Of a stretch of 64,000 bases of DNA, positions 8,765 through 18,535 are shown piece after piece. How positions within the stretch are numbered: position 1 is the stretch's first letter; every line of letters begins with the position of its first letter. Made by a program: the position numbers and the translations under genes. Below the pieces are notes generated by a model, which was given only the letters and a program-made list of their open reading frames with translations, was not told the DNA's origin and did no database searches. Source of the DNA: an uncultured Candidatus Saccharibacteria bacterium (GTDB lineage: Bacteria; Patescibacteriota; Minisyncoccia; Phycocordibacterales; UBA1550); assembly GCA_964457625.1 (NCBI GenBank), contig CAYWES010000002.1, positions 30,239 through 94,238 of the forward strand. Direction: 5' to 3'.

Positions 8765-9613
8765 ATGCGCATAATTAACACCGTATTCCTCATAGCATTT
8801 CTTTTCCCCGCATGGGCGCAGGCACTGGAGGTACGCCTTGAGACGCAGAAGGCATCTTTTCACAAAGGAGAACTCATCACGGTGGATGTATTTCTCGATG
8901 CCACGGATCCCGTAAATGTAATCTCGGCAAAACTCATATACCCGGAGAGACATCTTTCTTTGGGCGGGATCGTCGACGGAAGTTCGGCGGTTTCTCTTTG
9001 GATTGATCGACCAAAACGCACAAGCTCCGGGGAAATCTCGTTTTCCGGCATGACGCCCGGGGGGATTGAGGGGAAAGAGAACAAGGTGTTTTCTGCCACA
9101 TTTGTCGCGGATCGACCGGGAGACGTGGCGTTTGGTTTGATACAAGGGGAAGCGTTTCTTCATGATGGGCTTGGCTCCGCCCATCCTTTCGAGACGTCTC
9201 TCTCTATTTCTATCGATGCAGGAGAATCTTTGTCTCCGGAGGAAGGTACCTTCCTCGACACTATTCCTCCTGAGGATTTTTTCGTAACGCTTTCCCATGA
9301 TCCAAACCTTTTTGGAGGGAAATACTTCCTTGTGTTTACGACACAAGATAAAGAGTCAGGGATTGATCACTATAAAGTGCGTGAGGGTCGCTGGGGATTC
9401 TTCCGCACTGCGGAGAGCCCGTACCTTTTGCGCGATCAATCACCCACACATAGTATCAGCGTAAAAGCAGTAGATCGATTTGGTAATGAGCGCGTGGCGG
9501 TGTTTCATCCCGAACAGACTTCTTCATTGTGGGATGACATAAAAGGTCTTGTCGTGGTAGTATTACTAGTAAGCATAACAGGTATTATCCTATGGCGCAG
9601 ATATACAAAATAA
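8765..9613 (+). CDS. Membrane-anchored protein with a cohesin-like N-domain
   Basis: Signal peptide with AxA cleavage (AWAQA|LEV). The N-domain pattern EVRLETQKASFHKGELITVDVFLDATDPVNVISAKLIYPERHL matches a cohesin-type beta-sandwich. A second Ig/FN3-like domain, then a C-terminal TM helix and RRYTK tail. Confidence 0.5.
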   Translation: MRIINTVFLIAFLFPAWAQALEVRLETQKASFHKGELITVDVFLDATDPVNVISAKLIYPERHLSLGGIVDGSSAVSLWIDRPKRTSSGEISFSGMTPGGIEGKENKVFSATFVADRPGDVAFGLIQGEAFLHDGLGSAHPFETSLSISIDAGESLSPEEGTFLDTIPPEDFFVTLSHDPNLFGGKYFLVFTTQDKESGIDHYKVREGRWGFFRTAESPYLLRDQSPTHSISVKAVDRFGNERVAVFHPEQTSSLWDDIKGLVVVVLLVSITGIILWRRYTK

Positions 9614-9615
9614 TA

Positions 9616-10395
9616 ATGATAACGGGAGCGTTGTTCTTTGCTCCCCATGTGACGTTCGCGGCAAGCCTCTTCCTTTCTCCTGCTTCGGGAGTGCATGACG
9701 TCGGCACCACCTTTTCCGTCGTGGTTTCTGTGGGAAGTCCTTCTCAAGATATGAATGCCACATCGGGGGTCATTTCATTCCCCGTGGACGCACTTGAGGT
9801 TGTCTCGATATCTCGCACGAATTCAATCATCTCATTTTGGGTGCAAGAGCCTACTTTTTCAAACACGCAAGGTTCTATTTCTTTTGAAGGCGTCGCTCTC
9901 GATCAATCCTTCAGAGGTTCAAATGGGAGAATCTTTTCGGTAGTCTTTCGCGCAAAACAAGCAGGTACGGCAGGGGTGAGTTTCTCCTCGGGTTCGGTCT
10001 TGGCAAGTGACGGATTGGGGACGAACATTTTACAAACACTCTCTCCCGGCTCCTACGCCCTTGCGGTCCCTAAGCCACCAGTAGAACCTCCTCGCAGAGA
10101 AGAGCCAATCGTGGAGGAGCCTCTTGTAGAAACTCCAGAAGAGATTCCGGAAGAAACGCCTCCTTTGGTGGAAGAGATAGTGATTCCGGAGGAACCGGCA
10201 ATCTCAGAATACTTTATAGAACGAGCGCCTTGGTATCGTTTGGAAGTTCCCGTTTCAGTGGGTCTTCTCACGATAATCTTGCTTATCCTTCTCATCTCAA
10301 TCACCTTAAATGTCGTGTTTGGTTCCCACTACACGGCGCGAACGATTCATCATGTGAGAAAGAGACGCGTACGAACTCCGAAGAAGGACATCTAA
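9616..10395 (+). CDS. Membrane-anchored protein with a cohesin-like domain and a Pro/Glu-rich linker
   Basis: Signal peptide. LSPASGVHDVGTTFSVVVSV...ATSGVISFPVDALEVVSI closely matches a cohesin domain. A (P/E)-rich stalk, then a C-terminal TM helix and basic tail. Confidence 0.55.
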   Translation: MITGALFFAPHVTFAASLFLSPASGVHDVGTTFSVVVSVGSPSQDMNATSGVISFPVDALEVVSISRTNSIISFWVQEPTFSNTQGSISFEGVALDQSFRGSNGRIFSVVFRAKQAGTAGVSFSSGSVLASDGLGTNILQTLSPGSYALAVPKPPVEPPRREEPIVEEPLVETPEEIPEETPPLVEEIVIPEEPAISEYFIERAPWYRLEVPVSVGLLTIILLILLISITLNVVFGSHYTARTIHHVRKRRVRTPKKDI

Positions 10396-10481
10396 CTCGT
10401 TGCTGAAAAGGGGAGGGCTTCTGTCTGGACATACTTGTTCCTGCTTGGACTTTTTCCCAAAGCACCGTATACTCGGTTTAT

Positions 10482-11615
10482 ATGGCTACTTCAAAGCGCA
10501 AAAAGAACCCTCCTTTCTTTGTTACACGCCGTTTTTTGTTTGGTGCGGGGGTGTTTGGGGTTACAGTTTTTGCGGGGAGTAGTGTTCTTGATATGGGGAA
10601 GGTCACCTATGAGCGCGTGAATGGCGAACGTACGTCTGATGAGGAGGTGCTCCCAAATGTTCCGCGCTATAAATCCATTGATCCGGAGTGGTATGAAGAT
10701 CAGATGTTCTCTCTCTCAAACCTCCCTCCCATCCCCGTGGTATATGATCCTGAAACGGGAGAAGAGATTCCTCCCGCTCCTCGCGAACCGTCCCTGTGGC
10801 CGGTAACGCCTTTCGTATACCCTAATCCCGGTGCTGTCCTTCCCGAGCATCGCATTATCGCCTATTATGGAAATTTGTATTCCACCCGAATGGGAGCTCT
10901 CGGTGAATATCCCGAAGAGGAAATGAAGGCGCGACTCCTTGCCGAGGTAGAGCGATGGACCGAAGCAGATCCGGAGACTCCGGCGATTCCCGCGCTTCAT
11001 TATATTGTCACCACCGCACAGCTTGACCCGGGGGCTGATGGGAAACATCGTTTGCGCATGCCGTCGAGCCAGATTGATGAAGTTCTCCGTATGGCGGAGA
11101 GTATCGGCGCTCTCGTCTTTTTGGATATACAGGTTGGACTCTCTACGATTGAAGAAGAGCTTCCTCTCCTTGAAAAGTATCTTGCCCTCCCGCATGTGCA
11201 TTTGGGTATTGATCCTGAGTTTTCTATGAAGAGTCGCTCGCGCCCGGGGACTGAGGTTGGCACCTTTGACGCAAAAGATATGAACTTCGCGATAGCGTAC
11301 CTCTCGCGCCTTGTAGAGGAACACGCGTTGCCTCCAAAGGTTCTCGTGATTCATCGGTATACCGTGCCCATGCTTACAAACTCCGCCTCCATACAACCAA
11401 CGCCCGATGTTCAGGTGGTCATTCACATGGATGGATGGGGAGGACAGGCAAAGAAAAAAACCACCTATGAGATGGTCGTCGTCAGGGAACCGGTTCAATT
11501 TGCAGGGTTCAAGATTTTCTATAAACACGATATTCGTGATCCGGGCACCGTTCTCTTTGCGCCGGGAGATCTCCTCAAGCTTTCTCCCCGTCCCAGCTAT
11601 ATTCAATATCAATAG
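10482..11615 (+). CDS. Exported hypothetical protein with alternating beta/alpha segments, possibly a TIM-barrel glycoside-hydrolase-like fold
   Basis: N-terminal TM/signal anchor. Strand-like motifs RIIAYYGN, ALVFLDIQVG, HLGIDPEF, VLVIHRY and VVIHMDGWG. No confident family assignment. Confidence 0.45.
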   Translation: MATSKRKKNPPFFVTRRFLFGAGVFGVTVFAGSSVLDMGKVTYERVNGERTSDEEVLPNVPRYKSIDPEWYEDQMFSLSNLPPIPVVYDPETGEEIPPAPREPSLWPVTPFVYPNPGAVLPEHRIIAYYGNLYSTRMGALGEYPEEEMKARLLAEVERWTEADPETPAIPALHYIVTTAQLDPGADGKHRLRMPSSQIDEVLRMAESIGALVFLDIQVGLSTIEEELPLLEKYLALPHVHLGIDPEFSMKSRSRPGTEVGTFDAKDMNFAIAYLSRLVEEHALPPKVLVIHRYTVPMLTNSASIQPTPDVQVVIHMDGWGGQAKKKTTYEMVVVREPVQFAGFKIFYKHDIRDPGTVLFAPGDLLKLSPRPSYIQYQ

Positions 11616-11622
11616 TTAGTGT

Positions 11623-12063
11623 ATGCGCATTTATGAACTCGGTCATGTGGTGCTCTACGTTACGAATCTTAAGAGGTCTGTGCATTTTTATCGTGATGTT
11701 TTGGGGTTTAGTATGATTACTCAAACATCACATACCGCATTGTTTTCTTCGGGAAGGACACATCACGAGCTGCTTCTCATAGAAATAGGGGGTGAACCTC
11801 CCACAAATCCCCACAAGGGCCCCGGACTCTATCATATCGGGTTCAAAATTGGTGATGGTCCTGAGATGGCACGGAGTGCGTATCAAGAGCTCTCACAGCA
11901 AGGAGTCCGTATTGTAGGGACTGCCAATCATACCGTGACTCACAGTATTTACATACTTGACCCTGATAACAATGAAATCGAACTCTATGCGGATGTTTCT
12001 GATACATGGAAAGATAATCCTGAAGAAATCCTTACCCCCGCAAAATTTTTAGACTTGGAATAG
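11623..12063 (+). CDS. VOC family (glyoxalase/bleomycin-resistance/dioxygenase) protein
   Basis: HVVLYVTNLKRSVHFYRDVLGF and downstream His/Glu metal-ligand positions are typical of the VOC fold. Confidence 0.8.
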   Translation: MRIYELGHVVLYVTNLKRSVHFYRDVLGFSMITQTSHTALFSSGRTHHELLLIEIGGEPPTNPHKGPGLYHIGFKIGDGPEMARSAYQELSQQGVRIVGTANHTVTHSIYILDPDNNEIELYADVSDTWKDNPEEILTPAKFLDLE

Positions 12064-12096
12064 TGATTTTTCTCTTGAGTGCGCTATACTGAGAGT

Positions 12097-12864
12097 ATGC
12101 CTATATTTAATCTTGAAGGGAAAGTAGCTATTGTTACAGGTGCTCGCAGAGGAATGGGGCGTGCTCAGGCGCTTGCTCTCGCGGACCAGGGTGCGCGCGT
12201 CGTGGTGACGGACGTGGATCTTCGTGAATGCGAGCTTGTTGTGGAGGAAATCAAAGGGAAGGGCCATGACGCCGAGTGCTTCGTCCTTGATGTCTCTCGT
12301 CCCGATCATGTCGAAGAAGTTTTTCATGCTGTTGTTGAGAAATTTGGACGTATTGATATTCTCGTGAATAATGCCGGAGTCTTCGAACCAAAGCCCGCTC
12401 TCGAGCTTTCTGAGAACGAATGGGATCGCACGCTTGATATCAATCTCAAGGGGCAATTTCTGTGCGCTCAACAGGCAGCAAACATCATGACAAAACAAGG
12501 TGGTGGGCGTATCATCAATATCGCCTCCATCGCTTCGGGGCAGGTGGGAATCGGCTTCCCGGGAGCGGCGCACTATACCGCGTCGAAGGGTGGAGTGATT
12601 GGTCTCACGGAAACCCTCGCCCTTGAATGGGCACCTCAGGGAATCACGGTAAATGCCATCGCCCCCGGTGCCATTGATACACCAATGACTTCCGCAACCA
12701 GCAGTTCGGAAGAAGCTTTGGAACAACTATCCAAGAGGATTCCCCTCGGGCGCATGGGACGCCCCGAGGAGATTGCCGCCGCCGTAGTATTTTTTGCTTC
12801 TGACGAAGCAAGCTATGTGACCGGCGCAACGCTCGTGGTAGACGGCGGGTGGCTCGCTTCATAA
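12097..12864 (+). CDS. Short-chain dehydrogenase/reductase (FabG-like)
   Basis: TGARRGMG Rossmann motif, NNAG, the YxxxK catalytic motif (YTASK) and PGAIDTPM. Confidence 0.85.
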   Translation: MPIFNLEGKVAIVTGARRGMGRAQALALADQGARVVVTDVDLRECELVVEEIKGKGHDAECFVLDVSRPDHVEEVFHAVVEKFGRIDILVNNAGVFEPKPALELSENEWDRTLDINLKGQFLCAQQAANIMTKQGGGRIINIASIASGQVGIGFPGAAHYTASKGGVIGLTETLALEWAPQGITVNAIAPGAIDTPMTSATSSSEEALEQLSKRIPLGRMGRPEEIAAAVVFFASDEASYVTGATLVVDGGWLAS

Positions 12865-12870
12865 CACAAC

Positions 12871-13581
12871 ATGCAAACCATTATCCATCGTGAAACTGAA
12901 CGGGGTGGAGGGGATTACGGATGGCTCCGTACACGTTACAGCTTTAGTTTTGCCGATTGGAAGGATCCTTTGAGGATGAATTTTGGTGCGCTTCGCGTAC
13001 TCAATGATGATCATATTGCTCCTCACGCGGGGTTTGGAAAACATCCTCATGCGAATATGGAGATTATTACCATCGTTACGCGCGGAGCAATCACTCACGA
13101 GGACAGTATGGGGAATCGTTCTGTCCTCTCCGCGGGAGAAATACAGGTAATGTCTGCGGGGACGGGTGTTGTTCATTCCGAAGAAAATAAGGGAGATGAG
13201 CCCCTTGAACTCTTTCAGATTTGGATTGAACCACGCACGCGCAATACCACGCCCCGATACGAGGAACGAGCGTTTCCTCAGAAGACGACAAACACATTTG
13301 ATCTCCTTGTTTCCGGTGACACCAATCCGGATACGCTTTTTATTCACCAAAATGCATATATCTCTCGGGGGACATTTACCGCGGGAGCACCCTTTCGTTA
13401 TCATATTCACAATATTCACCATGGCGCGTACATCTTTGTTGTGTCGGGGAGTATTCGTATCGGAGAGACGCTTTTAAAGGCTCGGGATGCATGTGGGGTA
13501 TGGAAAGAGGAATATATCCAGGGAGAAGTCGTAGACCACGCGAGCATCCTCGTGATTGAGGTTCCCTTATTTGGGTATTGA
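12871..13581 (+). CDS. Pirin family cupin protein
   Basis: N-terminal cupin with HPHANMEIITIV and the metal-binding His/Glu residues characteristic of pirin/YhhW. Confidence 0.85.
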   Translation: MQTIIHRETERGGGDYGWLRTRYSFSFADWKDPLRMNFGALRVLNDDHIAPHAGFGKHPHANMEIITIVTRGAITHEDSMGNRSVLSAGEIQVMSAGTGVVHSEENKGDEPLELFQIWIEPRTRNTTPRYEERAFPQKTTNTFDLLVSGDTNPDTLFIHQNAYISRGTFTAGAPFRYHIHNIHHGAYIFVVSGSIRIGETLLKARDACGVWKEEYIQGEVVDHASILVIEVPLFGY

Positions 13582-13646
13582 ATAGTAAAAGATTTTCGAG
13601 TGCGTTATACTAGAGGAAGTAGCATATATGCTATAATCAAACAATC

Positions 13647-13916
13647 ATGGAACCTATACTGAAGTCAGATATCTTTTTTGTGATTGCTTCGGCTGCCACG
13701 GCGGTCGTCACGGTCATTCTTGTTATTGCGGGGTTTTATATCATCAGCGTGCTCAAGACTATTAAAGATATCATCAAGAAAGCACATCGCGTAGCCTCAT
13801 TTATTGAAGAGGACAGCGAAGGTATTCACAAACGTTTTCGTAAGACGTGGCTGTACAAAAAACTTTTCGGCAAAGTACCTTCACGCACCAAGTCAAAAGA
13901 GAACAGTACATCATAA
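13647..13916 (+). CDS. Small membrane protein (DUF948-like)
   Basis: Single N-terminal TM helix followed by a charged helical tail. -10-like TATAAT at 13634-13639. Confidence 0.4.
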   Translation: MEPILKSDIFFVIASAATAVVTVILVIAGFYIISVLKTIKDIIKKAHRVASFIEEDSEGIHKRFRKTWLYKKLFGKVPSRTKSKENSTS

Positions 13917-13943
13917 TTATTAATATATTAAGAGGGTAATTTT

Positions 13944-14348
13944 ATGAACAAGAAAACACAGAAACACAATAATAACGCGGGAAATATTGTCGCAGTTGGA
14001 GCAGGAATCGCCGCACTTTCTGCTGCCGCGTATGTTCTCTTTGGTCCGGAAGGGAAGAAAAATCGAAAAGTGATTCGAGGATGGGCGATAAAGATGAAAG
14101 GTGAAGTAATCGAGAGACTTGAAACAGCGCGAAATATTACTGAACCCGTGTACCACGATATCATTGATACCGTCGCTGAAAAATACGCTAAGGTAAAACA
14201 TATTGATACCGAAGAGCTCGCAAACGCGGTAGATGAACTTCGTAAACAGTGGAAACATATGGCGCGTGACGCAAAGCAAAAGAATAAAAAAGTTGCAAAA
14301 AAGACCTCCAAAAAGAGTGTTTCCAAGACAAAAAAGAAATCTCGATAA
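13944..14348 (+). CDS. YtxH-like membrane protein with a Lys-rich tail
   Basis: TM helix followed by GPEGKKNRKV, similar to the YtxH motif (APxSGxETR). The C-terminus is K-rich. Confidence 0.4.
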   Translation: MNKKTQKHNNNAGNIVAVGAGIAALSAAAYVLFGPEGKKNRKVIRGWAIKMKGEVIERLETARNITEPVYHDIIDTVAEKYAKVKHIDTEELANAVDELRKQWKHMARDAKQKNKKVAKKTSKKSVSKTKKKSR

Positions 14349-14359
14349 GAACTGATTTC

Positions 14360-14388
14360 TTGCAATTTTTGTTATTATAGGGTATAAT
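14360..14388 (+). promoter_or_regulatory. Sigma70-type promoter: TTGCAA, 17-nt spacer, TATAAT
   Basis: Near-consensus -35 (14360-14365) and perfect -10 (14383-14388), about 40 nt upstream of the ATG at 14428. Confidence 0.5.
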
Positions 14389-14427
14389 TAAGAGATAGAT
14401 TATTATTCAATTAATATCACTACACAT

Positions 14428-14754
14428 ATGCCCAATTTTGGATTCGAACAAGCGCCCATTCCATCGCAAAAACCTACTCAGGAGCGTAATCTTCATGGAG
14501 TAATCGAAAACTTTGACGAAATTTCTACTCAGCTCTATGTTTCAAAAGAGGGTTTCAATCGTGCCCTTGAGCGTGGAGATGTAGAATACCTCGCGGATTA
14601 TGGGAAATTACTTGCAGGATTTAAGAACGAAATAAACCTTAGATTTTCTTCTCCAAGCAAGGAGGTCTTTGATGTACGCGATGAGATTGAAGAGCGTCTC
14701 GAGAAGATTCAGGAAGTTGTGGAAAAGCAAACTCAGGATCGCCTCGCGGCGTAA
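14428..14754 (+). CDS. Hypothetical protein
   Basis: ORF preceded by a near-consensus sigma70 promoter and followed by a rho-independent terminator. Confidence 0.45.
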   Translation: MPNFGFEQAPIPSQKPTQERNLHGVIENFDEISTQLYVSKEGFNRALERGDVEYLADYGKLLAGFKNEINLRFSSPSKEVFDVRDEIEERLEKIQEVVEKQTQDRLAA

Positions 14755-14766
14755 GGTTGGTGAAAA

Positions 14767-14796
14767 GCCCGCCCCTTAAACGGGACGGGCTTTTTT
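14767..14796 (+). terminator. Rho-independent terminator
   Basis: GCCCGCCCC-loop-GGGACGGGC followed by TTTTTT. Confidence 0.7.
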
Positions 14797-14981
14797 CGTG
14801 GATTGACAAAAATAGTTTTTTAGACTATTATGACCAATGTAATTCAAACTCGAGTTTTTGCGCAGAGGATAAAGGTTTCGGTAGAGCATACTTATTCTTC
14901 CCAGGATGCAGAGGCTTGCGAAGAATTGTTATTAGTGTTCAAGAGCTCCATCTTTAGGGAAAGGAGTTTTATTCTTAATGT

Positions 14982-16265
14982 ATGCACGAAAAAAAATTTT
15001 TTAACACAGCGCTTCACGGCAAACAAACTCAAAGACGACGCGATTGGCAAGGTGGGGGAAGGAAATCAGGAGGGGCAGGATTTGGACCAAACAAACGTTC
15101 ATTTTCCAGGGGTCCTAAAAGAACGTCTCGTTCTTCTTCTCACAAAAATATCGGACCTCATATAGATGTGGCCCGCTTTATCAATAAAGCATCGGTGACC
15201 GAAGAAGCTACCGTCTATGTACCTATTCATCGGTTTTCTGACTTTGCTATTAAGGATGTCCTTAAGCGAAACATTGCAAGTAAAAACTATGAATACCCTA
15301 CGCCGATTCAAGACAAGACCATCCCTCATATCTTGAAAGGGGAGGATATTGTGGGTATTGCAAATACCGGTACGGGAAAGACCGCGGCGTTTCTTATCCC
15401 CCTCATCAACAATGTGCTCCGCGCGCCAAAAGAAAAAGTCCTCATTCTTACTCCAACACGAGAGCTCGCTCAACAGATTGACGAAGAGTTCAAAGGATTT
15501 TCAAAAGACTTTCGCATGAACTCTGTCTGTGCGGTGGGAGGTGTTCCTATCATGCGCCAGCTCCAAAGACTCCGTATTCCTCACAACTTTATTATCGGCA
15601 CACCGGGGCGTGTAAAGGATTTGATTGAACGAAAAGCACTTGATATATCAGACTTCAGAACACTTGTCCTTGATGAGGCTGACCGTATGCTTGATATGGG
15701 GTTTGTCCAGGATATGCGATTCCTTGTGAGCCTTATGCCCAAAGAGCGTCATACACTCTTTTTCTCTGCGACATTCTCACGTGAGATTGAGGCGCTCGTA
15801 CACGATTTCTTGAAAAACCCCGTGCGTGTTTCGGTAAAGACACAGGATACTTCAAAAAATGTTGATCAAGATGTCGTACGCGTTCGCCCGGGAGAGAACA
15901 AGGTTGAGGTTCTTCACGATATTCTCATTCAGCCTGAATTCAAGAAAACACTTGTTTTTGGAAGGACGAAATATGGTGTTGAAAAACTCGCCATCGAGCT
16001 GGGGAAACGAGGGTTCCGCGCGGAGTCTATCCATGGGGACAAGAATCAGCGTCAACGCGAACGTGCGCTTGATGGGTTCAAAAAGGGGAATACTTCAATC
16101 CTTGTGGCTACAGATGTTGCTGCCCGTGGGCTTGATATCAGCGGTGTAACGCATGTTGTCAATTATGACATTCCTGAAACCTATGAAGATTATATTCATC
16201 GCATAGGTCGTACAGGGCGTGCGGGAGCTCAAGGAAAGGCTCTCACCTTCATAGAGCATAGGTAA
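14982..16265 (+). CDS. DEAD-box ATP-dependent RNA helicase
   Basis: Q motif (PTPIQ), motif I (TGTGKT), PTRELA, the DEAD box, SAT and HRIGRTGRAG. Arg/Gly-rich N-terminus; the true start may lie downstream. Confidence 0.85.
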   Translation: MHEKKFFNTALHGKQTQRRRDWQGGGRKSGGAGFGPNKRSFSRGPKRTSRSSSHKNIGPHIDVARFINKASVTEEATVYVPIHRFSDFAIKDVLKRNIASKNYEYPTPIQDKTIPHILKGEDIVGIANTGTGKTAAFLIPLINNVLRAPKEKVLILTPTRELAQQIDEEFKGFSKDFRMNSVCAVGGVPIMRQLQRLRIPHNFIIGTPGRVKDLIERKALDISDFRTLVLDEADRMLDMGFVQDMRFLVSLMPKERHTLFFSATFSREIEALVHDFLKNPVRVSVKTQDTSKNVDQDVVRVRPGENKVEVLHDILIQPEFKKTLVFGRTKYGVEKLAIELGKRGFRAESIHGDKNQRQRERALDGFKKGNTSILVATDVAARGLDISGVTHVVNYDIPETYEDYIHRIGRTGRAGAQGKALTFIEHR

Positions 16266-16272
16266 GTAATAC

Positions 16273-16313
16273 AAAAAACGGGGAGGGGTGAAAATCACCC
16301 CTCCCCGTTTTTT
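16273..16313. terminator. Bidirectional rho-independent terminator between the convergent helicase and trxB genes
   Basis: A-run, then CGGGGAGGGGTG-AAAAT-CACCCCTCCCCG, then TTTTTT. Confidence 0.8.
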
Positions 16314-16321
16314 ATGTATAG

Positions 16322-17248
16322 CTACTTACCCCCGTGGAGTGTCTGGTAGATGTTTTCAATGGCGCGCACCGCATCCCCTACGGCAATGTTGTTTTGATGA
16401 TAGAGAACATTGGTACAATCTCCCGCAGCCCAGATTCCGGGGGTGGTGGTTTTTTGGGTCCAAGGGTCTATCTGTATGTTTCCGTATTCTGTCATTTCAA
16501 CAAGCTCACGTGCAAAGCTGACATTTGGAACTTGTCCGATTTCTACAAAGATTCCTCCGGTGGGGAGCTCCTTCACTTCACCGCTCGTTTTGTCACGGTA
16601 TACGATGGTATCAACCATTGCTCCTCCTCGCGCCTCGAGAAGCTCTGCGTTTTTGATGATACGCATATTGGGGTGGCTGAGAATTTTTTCTACCGTAATA
16701 GCTTCGGCACGGAAATACTCGCTTCTATGTATGAGGGTAACGCTCTTGCAGTAGGCAAGGAGCTGTGCAGCCGTTTCAAATGCTGCGTTCCCACCTCCCA
16801 CGACGACTACATCAAGATCAGAAAAGAGAGGGCCGTCACACGAAGCACAATAGGTGATACCTTTGTGTTCGTATTGCTCGGCTCCGGGGATTTCAAGCTT
16901 GCGGTGGTCGCTCCCTGACGCGATAAGTAATGCTTTTGCACTGTAGGAACCGTTGTCCGTGGTGACGGAAAACCTATCACCATCTTTTGTAATATTCAAA
17001 ACAAATTCACCCTCTTTGATATCCACATACTCATCTTTGTAGGCCTCAATGTGTGCTTTGAGATTTTTTGCAAGAGTTTCTCCCGATATGCTAATGGTTC
17101 CAATCCAGTTTTGTATGTCAGGAGACACTACAGACTGCCCGCCAAACTCTTTTGCGATAATAAGGGCTTTAAGGCGTTTGCGCGCCGCGTATACTGCAGC
17201 AGCAGATCCCGCGGGTCCGCCTCCGATGATGATAAGGTCGTATTGCAT
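16322..17248 (-). CDS. trxB: Thioredoxin reductase
   Basis: GGGPAGSAA FAD motif and the CASC redox-active disulfide. Confidence 0.85.
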   Translation of the reverse strand: MQYDLIIIGGGPAGSAAAVYAARKRLKALIIAKEFGGQSVVSPDIQNWIGTISISGETLAKNLKAHIEAYKDEYVDIKEGEFVLNITKDGDRFSVTTDNGSYSAKALLIASGSDHRKLEIPGAEQYEHKGITYCASCDGPLFSDLDVVVVGGGNAAFETAAQLLAYCKSVTLIHRSEYFRAEAITVEKILSHPNMRIIKNAELLEARGGAMVDTIVYRDKTSGEVKELPTGGIFVEIGQVPNVSFARELVEMTEYGNIQIDPWTQKTTTPGIWAAGDCTNVLYHQNNIAVGDAVRAIENIYQTLHGGK

Positions 17249-17254
17249 TGATGA

Positions 17255-18466
17255 TTATTTTTTACGTCGGAGAAATGCGGGTACTGCGCTCCAATCCTCG
17301 TCTATTTCATTCTCAAGATCAATAACAGGGATTTCTTTTGGAGAAGCATTTTTTGCGGAAGCTTCTTTTTCAGGCGCGGGAGATGAGGAGTCTGCAGTCT
17401 TTTTCTGGTCGAGAAACCCGTTGTGAATTTCTCCACGACGCTCTTCACGTGAGGGAGTCGTTGAAGAGGATTTTGTTGTTCCTGAGAAGAGACTCTTTTT
17501 TTCAGCTGGATTATTGCCAAACCCTGAGGCGATTACGGTAATCTTTACCTCGCCTTTTTTGAGCTTGTCGTCAGTTGCTGATCCAAAGATAACACGTGCT
17601 TCGGGATCAATAGCATCAGTAATAATCTTTGCTACCTCGTTGATTTCATGCATGCGAAGATCATCCCCGCCGGCGATTGAAAAGAGTACTCCCTTTGCTC
17701 CTGACATGGAGATCTCAAGGAGAGGGGAGTTTATTGCCATAAGTGCCGCTTCTTGGGCGCGGTTTTCCCCCGTTGCGGTGCCAATTCCAAGGAGTGCCGA
17801 ACCGGAATCAGAGAGGACAGAACGAATATCCGCAAAATCGACATTGATGATGCCGGGAGTTGTAATGAGGTCAGAAATACCCTCAACGGCTTGTCGGAGT
17901 ACTTCGTCGCACATAGTAAAGGCAGACTTGAAGGTCATATCTTTGTCTGCAACATTCATGACGCGATCATTAGGAACCACAATCAATGCATCAACGTGTG
18001 CGCTTAATTCTGCAAGCCCTTGGTCAGCAAGGCGACCACGATGCGCTCCTTCAAACGAGAAGGGACGGGTTACGACGCCGATGGTGAGTGCTCCCTGATC
18101 CTTTGCAACTCCCGCAACAACAGGCGCTCCTCCCGTACCGGTACCTCCTCCCATACCACAGGCAACAAAGACCATGTCAGCTCCCTTGATGACCCCCTGA
18201 ATTTCTTCTTTGGTCTCCTCTGCGGCCTTTCGTCCTATCTCCGGGTTCATTCCAGTCCCGAGTCCGCGGGTGAGATTCTTTCCGATGTGGATTTTTTTCT
18301 GTGCGAGTGAGTGGTGGAGGTCTTGCGCATCAGTATTCATGGCAATAAATTCAACGCCCTTTACTTTTGAATTCACCATGTGGTTCACGGCGTTTTTCCC
18401 TGATCCGCCTACGCCAATGACTTTGATGCGTGCGAATGCTTCTACTTCCGGTTCAATTTTTGCCAT
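17255..18466 (-). CDS. ftsZ: Cell division protein FtsZ
   Basis: GGGTGTG tubulin signature and the [11 protein letters not shown]-terminus. Confidence 0.95.
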   Translation of the reverse strand: MAKIEPEVEAFARIKVIGVGGSGKNAVNHMVNSKVKGVEFIAMNTDAQDLHHSLAQKKIHIGKNLTRGLGTGMNPEIGRKAAEETKEEIQGVIKGADMVFVACGMGGGTGTGGAPVVAGVAKDQGALTIGVVTRPFSFEGAHRGRLADQGLAELSAHVDALIVVPNDRVMNVADKDMTFKSAFTMCDEVLRQAVEGISDLITTPGIINVDFADIRSVLSDSGSALLGIGTATGENRAQEAALMAINSPLLEISMSGAKGVLFSIAGGDDLRMHEINEVAKIITDAIDPEARVIFGSATDDKLKKGEVKITVIASGFGNNPAEKKSLFSGTTKSSSTTPSREERRGEIHNGFLDQKKTADSSSPAPEKEASAKNASPKEIPVIDLENEIDEDWSAVPAFLRRKK

Positions 18467-18535
18467 ACAGAATAATAATAAAAATTCCTAGTAATATAGG
18501 AGTAAGAATAGCAAAACCACGGCAGGAATACAAAC

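Noticed and set aside
10716-11612. 298-aa minus-strand ORF overlapping 10482-11615
   Set aside because: The plus-strand ORF has an N-terminal anchor and a structured strand/helix pattern. The minus-strand frame encodes a basic low-complexity product.
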